NCBI GenBank assembly: GCA_965249485.1
Contig: OZ252239.1
Location: forward strand, 2,144,001 to 2,208,000
Origin: a bacterium
GTDB taxonomy: Bacteria > SM23-31
Direction: 5' to 3'
DNA length: 64,000 bases
A program made the translations under genes and the position numbers. This document shows, one piece after another, positions 1 through 9,743 of the stretch; position 1 is the stretch's first letter, and the number at the start of each line of letters is the position of its first letter. Below the pieces are notes generated by a model. It did no database searches. It had not been told where the DNA came from and worked only from the letters and a program-made list of their open reading frames with translations.

Positions 1-1317
1 TGTCCACTTGTTTAAATCCATATCTATTATCTGAATTCCATTATGCACTACGTAAATTTTATTATCTATACAGGTAATTGTATAGTGGTTCCATTCGCCG
101 GCTTTCTTTGCTACATTTTTACTTGCCGGCATGCAATCAAAAATTGATCCGCAGGAGCCATACTTCGAATTGTCAGTTGTTTCATGAATCTGCACTTCAA
201 TTCCCGTTTGCACATAGTTACTCAGATCATCTGTACGAAAGAATACACCACTGTTGGCACCTTTAGAAACCATATATTCCATATCAAGAATAAAATCTCC
301 ATATCGATCTTTCGTCCAAATATAGCTTCCGCCATGCCAAGTCAATACACTTTCTTCCATGGTCCATGACCCTTCTTTGAAAGAGCAGTTTGACAGGTCC
401 GGCTCAATAAAACCCTTCCATCCTGATGGATTCAACGTACTGGCAACGTTATTAAAATATGCGATAGATGAACGTATATCAGAAAGAGAATTATCCCAGT
501 TGTATTCATATTCAATGGAGATTACTCCCTTAAACTTCTGTCGATCCAATTCAGTGAGTACTGCCTTAACGTCTGCCACTCCGGTACCCCAGACAACATC
601 ATGAGCTTCACGCACACCAAATTCATTCAAATCCTTGAAGTGCAAACTTATCAGTCTGTCTTCCAGTTTTTTCAGTGCGTCAACTGGTTTGATCCCCGAA
701 CGCTGCCAATGACCGATATCAGCGCATACACCCATCCATTCGCTTCGTCCTTCAAGCGCTTTCAGTGTTGTATCTGGATTCCAGTAATAAGTAGGATTCG
801 GGTGATTGTGGATTGCTATTTTGATTTTAAATTCCTGGCAAAGTCTATCAATCGTGACGAATATTTCTTCAGGAGGCTCTGCCGTAATGGTTTCGATCCC
901 CATATCTTTCGCAAATTCAAAAACTTTTCTCCACTCTGCAACATCATCCCGTAATTCGACAACTCCATAATTCACCAAAGTAATCCCAGCTAGTGATAAT
1001 TTGTTTTTTACTTCCTTGCGTAATTCAATTGGCAATGTGTGATTAAATTGAATATTCGGATATTCTGCACTCAACGTTTGATCAGGATACGCTTCTATCC
1101 AATCCAAACCAAGTGATGCCGTTTTATCAATTGCTTCGAACAAAGTATAACGGTTAAAAGTCCATGCTTGTGTTCCAAGCCGCCATCCTTCGTAAGCATC
1201 TGTTTTGGGATGAGAGGTGAGAGGTAACTCTTGAGAAATGACCGGAGAATAATATGAAGTAGTCAAAAACATGATAATAAAAACTACTGTTTTTAGATTA
1301 GTATTAAATGTATTCAT
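1..1317 (-). CDS. Secreted sugar-phosphate isomerase/epimerase (TIM barrel) fused to DUF1080 3-keto-disaccharide hydrolase domain; 3'-truncated by window edge
   Basis: Absent from the ORF track; translated by hand at both ends. ATG at 1317, signal peptide, then GWRLGTQAWTFNRYTLFEAIDK (AP_endonuc_2-like). C-terminal part reads GEWNHYTITCIDNKIYVVHNGIQIIDMDLNKWT (DUF1080-like), in frame with the start. Confidence 0.8.
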   Translation of the reverse strand, partial: MNTFNTNLKTVVFIIMFLTTSYYSPVISQELPLTSHPKTDAYEGWRLGTQAWTFNRYTLFEAIDKTASLGLDWIEAYPDQTLSAEYPNIQFNHTLPIELRKEVKNKLSLAGITLVNYGVVELRDDVAEWRKVFEFAKDMGIETITAEPPEEIFVTIDRLCQEFKIKIAIHNHPNPTYYWNPDTTLKALEGRSEWMGVCADIGHWQRSGIKPVDALKKLEDRLISLHFKDLNEFGVREAHDVVWGTGVADVKAVLTELDRQKFKGVISIEYEYNWDNSLSDIRSSIAYFNNVASTLNPSGWKGFIEPDLSNCSFKEGSWTMEESVLTWHGGSYIWTKDRYGDFILDMEYMVSKGANSGVFFRTDDLSNYVQTGIEVQIHETTDNSKYGSCGSIFDCMPASKNVAKKAGEWNHYTITCIDNKIYVVHNGIQIIDMDLNKWT

Positions 1318-1318
1318 A

Positions 1319-2713
1319 TTATAATGACCACCCTTTCCGATATTCGCTATGGAGATACTCGTTTGCTTCCGGCAGATTGGTTATTTCCATTTTTTTATGA
1401 TCCCATTTCAAAGTTGTATGTCTATCCTGCATACGTATTGCAATATTGCCGAGTAACATAGTTTCAGTGAGTGGTCCGGAATAACTAAAATCAGATGTTG
1501 ACTTTTTTCCGGCCTTGCATGCTTCTATCCATTCAGAATAGATTCCGGGTGATCTGGACATGGTCTTTTTTGGACGTGTATATTCCTTCATTTTTCTTTC
1601 CGGTATCAATCGTGGACCTTCACCGTAAACATTGTGCATTAATGTACCTTTGTCACCAATGAATATCACACCACCGACATCGTCACCTATGCGACGTCCC
1701 GGCTCAAGCTCTTTAGGGCGGGGCGGAATTAAACCGCCATCATACCAGCTTAGCTTAACAGGAGGCATTTTACCTCTTGCCGGAAAGGTGTAATGTACAG
1801 TTGAAGCCATTGGATAGGAATCTTCTGTTATTGCGGTGGAGGAAGCCGAAATTGTCTCTGGAGCATTCAGTTTCAGTGCCCAGAATGGATGGTCGATAAG
1901 ATGAGCAGCCATATCCCCTAACGCTCCCGTTCCAAAATCAAACCAGCCCCTCCACTTAAATGGGCAGTATGCAGGATGATAATGACGATACGGTGCCGGT
2001 CCCAACCACAAATCCCAGTCCAATGTAGTTGGTACCGAGGGTATTTCTTTCGGCTGCTCGATACCCTGAGGCCATATCGGGGCAACTGTCCAGGCATGGA
2101 CCTCGCGGACATCACCGATAGCGCCGTCTTCTATCCATTCATTAATAAGACGGGCACCCTCACCTGCATGCCCCTGGTTACCCATTTGTGTCGTAACATT
2201 ATTTTCTTTTGCTGCTTTCGCGAGCATTCTGGCTTCATGAACGGTATGTGTCAATGGTTTCTGGCAGTATACATGTTTTCCCATTTTCATCGCCATCATG
2301 GCTATGACAGCATGTGTATGATCCGCGGTACTGATGACAACCGCGTCAATACTTTTTTCCTTTTCAAGCATTACACGGAAATCACGATATTTATGTGCTT
2401 TATCATACAACTCTAATAGATCAGGTCTTTGAAGTTCTAAAGCATATTTCAGAAAATTATCCTTCTGTGTATCATCAACATCGCATAAAGCTATAACGTT
2501 TTCCGAACTGACAGCGGTAATATCTAATCTTCCACGTCCACCGATCCCTACGCAGGCAATATTCAACTTATCGCTAGGAGCCGTTTGTCCGGGACCACCC
2601 AAAACATGGCTTGGGACTATAGTAAACACACCCGCCGCAACAGCAGTTTTACCAATGAAACTTCTTCGAGAAATAGTTTGCAGAGATTTTTTATCATCCA
2701 TGTTGTTTATCAT
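1319..2713 (-). CDS. Gfo/Idh/MocA family oxidoreductase, Tat-exported
   Basis: SRRSFI twin-arginine motif, ACVGIGGRG Rossmann motif, STADHTH, CQKP, WDLWLGPAP. Confidence 0.93.
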   Translation of the reverse strand: MINNMDDKKSLQTISRRSFIGKTAVAAGVFTIVPSHVLGGPGQTAPSDKLNIACVGIGGRGRLDITAVSSENVIALCDVDDTQKDNFLKYALELQRPDLLELYDKAHKYRDFRVMLEKEKSIDAVVISTADHTHAVIAMMAMKMGKHVYCQKPLTHTVHEARMLAKAAKENNVTTQMGNQGHAGEGARLINEWIEDGAIGDVREVHAWTVAPIWPQGIEQPKEIPSVPTTLDWDLWLGPAPYRHYHPAYCPFKWRGWFDFGTGALGDMAAHLIDHPFWALKLNAPETISASSTAITEDSYPMASTVHYTFPARGKMPPVKLSWYDGGLIPPRPKELEPGRRIGDDVGGVIFIGDKGTLMHNVYGEGPRLIPERKMKEYTRPKKTMSRSPGIYSEWIEACKAGKKSTSDFSYSGPLTETMLLGNIAIRMQDRHTTLKWDHKKMEITNLPEANEYLHSEYRKGWSL

Positions 2714-2766
2714 ATTAATAACTTTTTGTTGACGTAATCGAAAAAGTATTCATAATTATTAGTATA

Positions 2767-4890
2767 TTACATTTCTTTATCTAATATGTCCGGTATCCAC
2801 TCATGTATTCTTTCATTATCTGTACTCATAAGTATTTTGTTAAGAGTATCACCCAATCCTTCATCAAACATTCCCTTTAATCTTTCAGCATTTCTTTCCC
2901 GAACTCGATCTAATAATCTTATAATTGCGGCCTCAGCTTCAGGTTTGAGAGACGAATCTTCGAGATATACAGCAATAATATTTAGTGCTTCAACGGCACC
3001 CGACCACATTCCTGATAAACCGGATAAAACCATTCTTTTTTCACTGACTTCTGTTGCATATTCCATTGCTGTCATATAAAGTTTTATAGATTCTACGTTA
3101 GGCCGCTCACTCCTGATTCTAACCAGATTGATATAACCTCGAAGCGCTAATATTTTATGAGTTTCATTATCTGTAGCTGTCACGACATTTAGCAGTTCTT
3201 GCAGAGGTTGGGCATTCGGCCATGTCGACAGTGCATGTATTGCAGCTTCCTGACTATCAGGATTATCACTATTTAATTCTTTTCTTATTGCTGGGAGTGC
3301 GCTTGCATCTCCAATTCGCCCCAATACTTCCAGTAAAGAACTCCGAGCATCAATATTTTTAACCGATGGTAATTGAGCCAATACCGGACCGGCCTGATTT
3401 GATACATCAGCTATTTTTTGTGAAACAAGAACAACTGTTCTTTCCGCTTCGTTGCGTACTCCATTATTTTCTTCTTCAATCAGCATTCTGATCAATTTAT
3501 CAGCATTGTCAGGTTGTGCAATAATTGCTAAGGACTTGTACGATTCTATGCGGACTGATCGGTCAGGATCGACAGCGGTATTTAATAATGTATTAATAGC
3601 ACTAACCGCATTTCGTTGACCTAAACTACGGACAAGTTCAGCTCTTACCTGGGGATCTGAATATGAGATTCGATCAATTATATTTTGATTAACAGAAGCA
3701 TCCGGTAATAGATCTAGACTTCTTCGTGCTGCTTGACGGTCTGTCCCTGTTGCTTCTGTAGCCACTCTTACAAATAGTGAAATATCCGAATCAGTACCGA
3801 TTTTTGATAATGCTGTCAGAGCTGCAACCCTGACAGATTCATCATTGTGTTTCACTGCTTCCAACGCTGCGTCTCTTGCAGTGGACTCATTTCGGTAAGC
3901 AAAAGCAGAAAGTAACTGAATTTGTGCCAGATCGGATACATTTGGCAACTCTTCAATTATAGCACTCAAATCAGGTTTTCCTGGCAGTTCCCGGAGCAAT
4001 CCGACAGCAACAGACTGCAATTCACGATTGTCTCTTTTTAGTACCGAAAGGATAATATCCGGTGCATCATCGATATTGGTTTGTACTCGGCCCCGAAAAG
4101 CTGCAGATCGGATATGAATGGTGTTTTCATTATTATATAACTCCTGATAAATAATGGCAGCTCTAGATATGTTTCCTTTTTCAAAGAAGCTATCTGCACA
4201 TAGCAGATACGCGTCTAAAACAAGATTGCGTAATTTTCCATCAGTCTTTGAACGTGCGTCTGCAAGCAATTTAGCCGCATTTTCATCTGCAATTTTTCCC
4301 AGAGCTGTTACAGCAGATTCAGCAATTTGCTGATCGGTATCATAAACTAGTTTTTCGAGATCATTAACCGCATTTTTATCTTTTCGTTCACCAAGTGTAT
4401 TAATAATACCAATTTTGATGTTTCGTGGCGCGTCCGACAATAATTCACGAAGAGCTCTATCTACAGCAGAATCATGGATGCGCTGCAGGGTATATAACGC
4501 AATATTCGCTGTTTTTTCCTTTGATAGTAACGTCTTTAAAACTGGTATAGATTCTTTGGTGCCGATAATACTTAACTGCTCGCAGACAAATTGTTTTCCA
4601 GCAAACAATGCATCTGATTCCAGAAACGAAATCATTTCATGTTCGATTAAGCGCTTAGAGTTCTGTGAATCCAGCGAAGATTGGACGAGTAGTCGGAGTG
4701 CAGAAAGTGGTTCGCGGCTATCACCGTAATCGTATTCCGATATCTCATTTAATATTTTCTTAACATCTGAGACAATATCGCTGCGTGATTTTTCCACTGC
4801 ACCTGTTACTATGAATGTAGCTGATATTGACAATAATATCAGGGTTTTCAGGAAGTGGAATTGTTTGATATGTTGCATCATTTTCACCAT
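2767..4890 (-). CDS. HEAT-repeat protein with N-terminal signal/anchor
   Basis: Repeated helical motifs (VRVAALTALSKIG, VRAELVRSLGQR, LLEVLGRIGD) over ~700 aa. Confidence 0.85.
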   Translation of the reverse strand: MVKMMQHIKQFHFLKTLILLSISATFIVTGAVEKSRSDIVSDVKKILNEISEYDYGDSREPLSALRLLVQSSLDSQNSKRLIEHEMISFLESDALFAGKQFVCEQLSIIGTKESIPVLKTLLSKEKTANIALYTLQRIHDSAVDRALRELLSDAPRNIKIGIINTLGERKDKNAVNDLEKLVYDTDQQIAESAVTALGKIADENAAKLLADARSKTDGKLRNLVLDAYLLCADSFFEKGNISRAAIIYQELYNNENTIHIRSAAFRGRVQTNIDDAPDIILSVLKRDNRELQSVAVGLLRELPGKPDLSAIIEELPNVSDLAQIQLLSAFAYRNESTARDAALEAVKHNDESVRVAALTALSKIGTDSDISLFVRVATEATGTDRQAARRSLDLLPDASVNQNIIDRISYSDPQVRAELVRSLGQRNAVSAINTLLNTAVDPDRSVRIESYKSLAIIAQPDNADKLIRMLIEEENNGVRNEAERTVVLVSQKIADVSNQAGPVLAQLPSVKNIDARSSLLEVLGRIGDASALPAIRKELNSDNPDSQEAAIHALSTWPNAQPLQELLNVVTATDNETHKILALRGYINLVRIRSERPNVESIKLYMTAMEYATEVSEKRMVLSGLSGMWSGAVEALNIIAVYLEDSSLKPEAEAAIIRLLDRVRERNAERLKGMFDEGLGDTLNKILMSTDNERIHEWIPDILDKEM

Positions 4891-4965
4891 ATTATAATTT
4901 AGTATTACAACGATTCATTCACTTCTAAAAAAGTTTTCTCATAAATAATAGTGCGAAAAAATTTG

Positions 4966-6297
4966 CTACGAATGCCAGGGACTACGCATTGCATTACCGA
5001 GCATTTGTGATGCTGTGGTATCGCCGATAATTTCTTCGGTTTCCGGATTAAAATGGATCTTTCGGCCGAGCAGCATGGCAATCTGTCCCAGATGTCCCGG
5101 TGTTGCAGAGCGGTGTGCAACTTCACTTGGTGCTAATGTTGTTGCCCGTGTCTTAACACAGTCCAAAAAGTTACGTGTATGGCCTTCATGGTCAATCGGG
5201 TTTCCGACTCGAAGGAGATGAATTTCATTAGGACTGAATACTTCGCGCAGGAGCGATTTCGGATGTGCATCAATTCCTCCCCGGTTGACCCAGACCCAGC
5301 CGTTTTCACCGATCCATTTTGTTCCGCTGCGGATATCGTCATGTCCACCAGCAATTATCATTTTGATGCCGTTGGCATATTTGGTATTTATTCTATACCT
5401 ATAAGCACTATTCCATAAACCTGTTTTGGGATATTCTCCAACTCCATCGATCTCAACCGGACCGGTACGGTCCATTCCCATTCCCCAATGTGCAATATCT
5501 ACATGATGACCGACCCAATCCATGAGTTGACCGCCACCGTATTCAAGATTCCAACGCCAATTGTAATGCACTCGGGTAGGAACATAATCTGCATAAGGAG
5601 CCGGTCCAAGCCAAAAGTTATAATCCAGCTCTTTCGGCGGTTTTGCAACCATTTCTCCATCGTCTCCATTTCCGGTATCATAACCGGAAGGCAATCCCAC
5701 TTCAACAGAATGTACTTTACCAATACAGTTGTTGAGGACCAATTCACAGGCAAAACGGAAGTTTGACTGTGACCGCTGCCAGCTACCGGTTTGCCAGACA
5801 CGGCCATATCTCTCTACGGCATCACACATAGCACGTCCATCAATGAGGCTGTGAGAAAATGGTTTTTCTCCGTATATGTCTTTTCCGGCTTTTGCAGCGG
5901 CAACAGCAATAGGTGCATGCCAGTGATCGGGCGTAGTTATTTGGACGACATCAATATCGTTTCGTGCAATGAGTTCCCGGAAATCGCCGTACGCGGCACA
6001 ATCATTATTGCCGTATCTTTTATCAACCGATTTTTTTGCTCTTTGAAGACGATTGGTATCAACATCACAAACCGCAACAACATGCGCATCGGGTTCAGCT
6101 AAAAAAGTTTCCATATCCTCTCTACCCATTCCTCCCATCCCGACACAACCTACGGTAATTTTATCGCTTGGGAGAAATAGATTGCTTCTACCCAATACGG
6201 AAGAGGGGATAATGTACGGAAAACCGAATCCGGCAACTGCTGCACCGGTAGAATACTTCATAAATTGTCTGCGGTTTATGCCTTTCTTCTGTGGCAT
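4966..6297 (-). CDS. Gfo/Idh/MocA family oxidoreductase, Tat-exported
   Basis: NRRQFMK Tat motif, GCVGMGGMG, TTPDHWH, YGEKP, QTGSWQRS. Confidence 0.93.
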   Translation of the reverse strand: MPQKKGINRRQFMKYSTGAAVAGFGFPYIIPSSVLGRSNLFLPSDKITVGCVGMGGMGREDMETFLAEPDAHVVAVCDVDTNRLQRAKKSVDKRYGNNDCAAYGDFRELIARNDIDVVQITTPDHWHAPIAVAAAKAGKDIYGEKPFSHSLIDGRAMCDAVERYGRVWQTGSWQRSQSNFRFACELVLNNCIGKVHSVEVGLPSGYDTGNGDDGEMVAKPPKELDYNFWLGPAPYADYVPTRVHYNWRWNLEYGGGQLMDWVGHHVDIAHWGMGMDRTGPVEIDGVGEYPKTGLWNSAYRYRINTKYANGIKMIIAGGHDDIRSGTKWIGENGWVWVNRGGIDAHPKSLLREVFSPNEIHLLRVGNPIDHEGHTRNFLDCVKTRATTLAPSEVAHRSATPGHLGQIAMLLGRKIHFNPETEEIIGDTTASQMLGNAMRSPWHS

Positions 6298-6450
6298 TAT
6301 ATTTCTCCTTGATCTTTAAAGAGGGTATAGAAAAAACTCTGCAATTTATAAAGTCGGTAAAAAAATTTCAAAAAGTTTTCGTACTCAATGGTGGTAAAAA
6401 AAATAGCTACGAGGATTGATCGATTCAGCTGTTTTTTCTATTTTGTTCGA

Positions 6451-7224
6451 TTATCGGCTTGCCCACAACATTCCTCTTTTCATAATTGTTATCGCTTGCG
6501 GAATATCGAAAACACTTGCACTATGTCCTAAAGAAGAGTAAAATACTCTGCCTTTACCATACACTTTTTTCCAGACTACCGGCATTACAACATCATTTAT
6601 CCACGGAGCGTGATCACCATTAAAAGTAGTGGTTGCAAGAACTTTGTTAGCGGGGTCTACATGCATATAATATTGTTCGGAATGAACGTTAAAGTCAGAT
6701 AGTCCTTTGGTAATCGGGTCATCATGATTAATTATATTTACTTCATAATCTACGGCTCCTCCGGGGTGGGAAACCCACTGTCCGCCGATCATAAACTGAT
6801 ATTCGGGAATATCTCTGAAAGCATCGCCCAAACCACCATGCCAGCCAGCAATTCCAACGCCGTTTCTTACAGCTCTATAAAGACCTCGTATCCTGGGGCT
6901 CTCTTCGTTTTCAGGACTCATAGTAAATACCTGAACGATCAGGTCCTTGGAATTCATGTTGTCTTCATCAAGATAGGAATCTAAATCGTTGGATATTTCA
7001 ACATCAAATCCCTGGTCTTCTAGCCAGGGAGCAAAAATATCGATACATTGTTTGGGTTGGTGGCCATCCCAGCCTCCCCAAACCATGAGTACAGATTTTG
7101 CTTTTTTTTCTTTCTTATCACTAAAAAGGGTCTTCCCAGCGAAAGGAACCGCTGCACCGGCCAAAACCGACTGTTTCATAAAATTACGTCTGCTAAAGTG
7201 ATCTTTTCTCATATCAATCTCCAC
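6451..7224 (-). CDS. ThuA-like domain protein, Tat signal
   Basis: [42 protein letters not shown]. Confidence 0.88.
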   Translation of the reverse strand: MEIDMRKDHFSRRNFMKQSVLAGAAVPFAGKTLFSDKKEKKAKSVLMVWGGWDGHQPKQCIDIFAPWLEDQGFDVEISNDLDSYLDEDNMNSKDLIVQVFTMSPENEESPRIRGLYRAVRNGVGIAGWHGGLGDAFRDIPEYQFMIGGQWVSHPGGAVDYEVNIINHDDPITKGLSDFNVHSEQYYMHVDPANKVLATTTFNGDHAPWINDVVMPVVWKKVYGKGRVFYSSLGHSASVFDIPQAITIMKRGMLWASR

Positions 7225-7331
7225 TATTAAGCATATAATTGTTAATGAAAATACTATATTTAAAAAAAAGCTGGTTTTTAATTGAATGATTTATTTACTA
7301 TATAAATAAGATAAAATTTCATAAGAAAGGG

Positions 7332-7374
7332 ATAGATAATCTTTTGTAAAAAATATAAGCAAAAGATTATCTAT
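7332..7374. promoter_or_regulatory. Perfect 15-bp inverted repeat in divergent promoter region (candidate operator pair)
   Basis: ATAGATAATCTTTTG-N13-CAAAAGATTATCTAT between divergent genes 7224(-) and 7433(+). Confidence 0.55.
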
Positions 7375-7432
7375 ATTAAAGGGATTTTTTACCATTAATA
7401 GTTATTGTGTAATTAACATATAGGGATGACCG

Positions 7433-8590
7433 ATGAAAGAAATTAGAGTAGGTTTGATAGGGTGCGGCTTCATGGGCAAAGCGCATAGCAATGCCTTCCT
7501 GAATGTTGCCAAATTTTTCCCTCTGGATGCAAAACCTGTCATGAAAGTGATCTGTGCGAGAACTGAATCGAATGTTAAAGCTGTTCAGGAGAACTGGGGA
7601 TGGGAACGTTATGAGACGGATTATAAAAAGATGCTGAATAGTGGTGATATCGACTTGTTGGATATTTCGACTCCTAACTTAAGCCATAAAGAAATTGCAA
7701 TCATGGCAGCAGAAAAGGGTATTGACATTCTTTGTGAAAAACCGCTTGCAATGAATTCGGATGAAGCGAGAGAAATGGTGAATGCTGCTAAAAAAGCTAA
7801 AATCAAAAATTTAGTATGTTTCAATTACCGGCGTGTTCCGTCTATCGCTCTGGCAAAACAGCTTATTGATGAAGGTGAAATCGGCGATATATTTCATGTC
7901 AGAGCGGTTTATTTACAGGATTGGATAATTGATCCTAAATTTCCGTTGGTATGGAGACTGAATAAAGAAATAGCCGGATCTGGTTCTCATGGTGACCTGA
8001 ATGCTCATATAATCGATCTCGCCCGTTTTTTAGTTGGGGAATTCGACGAAGTTTCCGGATTGGAAAAGACCTTTATCAAAACGAGACCGCTACCAGCTGA
8101 AGAGGGTAGTCTTGCTGCAAACGGCACAACAACCCAAACAGGAGAAGTGACTGTTGATGATGCTGTCCTGTTTTTAGCAAAATTTCAAAATGGAGCCGTA
8201 GGAAGCTTTGAAGCAACACGGTTTGCCAACGGAAGAAAAAATAATAATAGTATGGAGATTAACGGTAGTAAAGGGTCACTGGTGTTCAATCTTGAACGGA
8301 TGAACGAACTCGAGTTTTTCTCCGACTCAGGACCTCATCACTCGAAAGGATTCAAAACAATTCTTGCCACCGAACCAGACCATCCGTATATGAGTGCGTA
8401 TTGGCCTCCCGGCCACATTATCGGATGGGAACATACGTTTCTGAATGTAGTCTATGATATGATTGAAGGTATTACAAAAAACAAACCTATTGCTCCTGAT
8501 TTTGAAGACGGCCTTAAATGTCAGCAGGTATTGGATGCTGTAATAAAATCCTCTGATGAGAAAAGCTGGATCAATGTCGATGAGATGTAA
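7433..8590 (+). CDS. Gfo/Idh/MocA oxidoreductase, cytoplasmic, levoglucosan-dehydrogenase-like subgroup
   Basis: GLIGCGFMGKAHS, CEKPLA, FNYRRVP, YLQDW, AGSGSHGDLNAHIID, GSFEATRFANGRKN. Confidence 0.9.
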   Translation: MKEIRVGLIGCGFMGKAHSNAFLNVAKFFPLDAKPVMKVICARTESNVKAVQENWGWERYETDYKKMLNSGDIDLLDISTPNLSHKEIAIMAAEKGIDILCEKPLAMNSDEAREMVNAAKKAKIKNLVCFNYRRVPSIALAKQLIDEGEIGDIFHVRAVYLQDWIIDPKFPLVWRLNKEIAGSGSHGDLNAHIIDLARFLVGEFDEVSGLEKTFIKTRPLPAEEGSLAANGTTTQTGEVTVDDAVLFLAKFQNGAVGSFEATRFANGRKNNNSMEINGSKGSLVFNLERMNELEFFSDSGPHHSKGFKTILATEPDHPYMSAYWPPGHIIGWEHTFLNVVYDMIEGITKNKPIAPDFEDGLKCQQVLDAVIKSSDEKSWINVDEM

Positions 8591-8665
8591 AAAGTACCAA
8601 CGCTATGAATAATTCTGAAATCATCAGTAAATAACTATCTATTTCAGTGCAGGTAAGGAGGAGTT

Positions 8666-9628
8666 ATGAAAGTAGGCGTGTTAACCGTACTATTCGGTTC
8701 AATGTCGTTTGAAGAAGTTCTTGCATATGTTTCAAAAGTTGGCTTAGAAGCTATTGAATTAGGGACGGGCAATTATGTCGGTTCTCCTCATACGAATGTA
8801 AAGGAATTGCTGTCGAGCGACCAGAATATTAAGGACTACAAGAAAAAAGTAGCAGACAAAGGGCTTGAGATTAGCGCATTGAGTTGCCATGGTAATCCGC
8901 TACACCCCGATAAGGCTATCGCAGAAGCGAATCATAACGTTCACCGGGACACGGTAACACTGGCATCCAAAATGGGACTGGATACCGTTATCAATTTTTC
9001 CGGATGTCCCGGAGGATCGGAGAACGATCCGTATCCGAACTGGGTTACTTGTCCATGGCCCGATGATTATTCGAAAATATTGGAATGGCAGTGGGCAGAA
9101 AAAGTTATCCCGTACTGGAAACAAGAATCCAAATTCGCAGCAGATCACGGCATCAGAATTGCCTTTGAAATGCATCCTGGATTTGTTGTGTATAATACTG
9201 AAAGTATGCTGAGATTACGGGAAGAATGTGGGAATAATTTAGGTGCCAATTTTGATCCGAGTCACCTTTTCTGGCAGGGCATGGATCCGATCGTAAGCCT
9301 CAGGAAACTTGAAGGAGCGATTTTTCATGTCCACGCGAAAGATTGCCGGGTAGATGATGACAATACGAGAGCGAACGGTGTTTTGGACATTAAACCTTAT
9401 GGCGATGAACTTAACAGGTCATGGGTGTTTCGGACAGTGGGATACGGTCATGGTGAAACATTCTGGCGTGATTTCGTGAGCACACTGCGCATGGTAGGCT
9501 ATGATGGTGCGCTGAGCATTGAGCATGAAGACAGCCTTATGAGTGCGGATGAGGGTTTTAAAAAAGCCGCCAACTTTTTACAGGATATTGTCATCAAAGA
9601 CCAAGCAGGCGAAATGCATTGGGCATAA
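8666..9628 (+). CDS. Sugar phosphate isomerase/epimerase family (xylose-isomerase-like TIM barrel)
   Basis: EMHPG, NFDPSH, HVHAKD, SIEHED metal-ligand motifs; AAGGAGG RBS upstream. Confidence 0.9.
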   Translation: MKVGVLTVLFGSMSFEEVLAYVSKVGLEAIELGTGNYVGSPHTNVKELLSSDQNIKDYKKKVADKGLEISALSCHGNPLHPDKAIAEANHNVHRDTVTLASKMGLDTVINFSGCPGGSENDPYPNWVTCPWPDDYSKILEWQWAEKVIPYWKQESKFAADHGIRIAFEMHPGFVVYNTESMLRLREECGNNLGANFDPSHLFWQGMDPIVSLRKLEGAIFHVHAKDCRVDDDNTRANGVLDIKPYGDELNRSWVFRTVGYGHGETFWRDFVSTLRMVGYDGALSIEHEDSLMSADEGFKKAANFLQDIVIKDQAGEMHWA

Positions 9629-9689
9629 CATTGCAATTATATTCTTTCTGTCAGGTTATCTTCTTAAAGATCGAATTAATAATTAAACT

Positions 9690-9721
9690 AAAAAAGGCGT
9701 TCTAATCGAACGCCTTTTTTT
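9690..9721. terminator. Bidirectional intrinsic terminator
   Basis: A6-GGCGTTC-taatc-GAACGCC-T7 between convergent genes. Confidence 0.85.
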
Positions 9722-9743
9722 CTGAGATATGACTTATCATATT

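Noticed and set aside
78..954. Four short plus-strand ORFs
   Set aside because: They lie antisense to the TIM-barrel/DUF1080 gene and have no motifs; the same applies to most short overlapping ORFs in the track.
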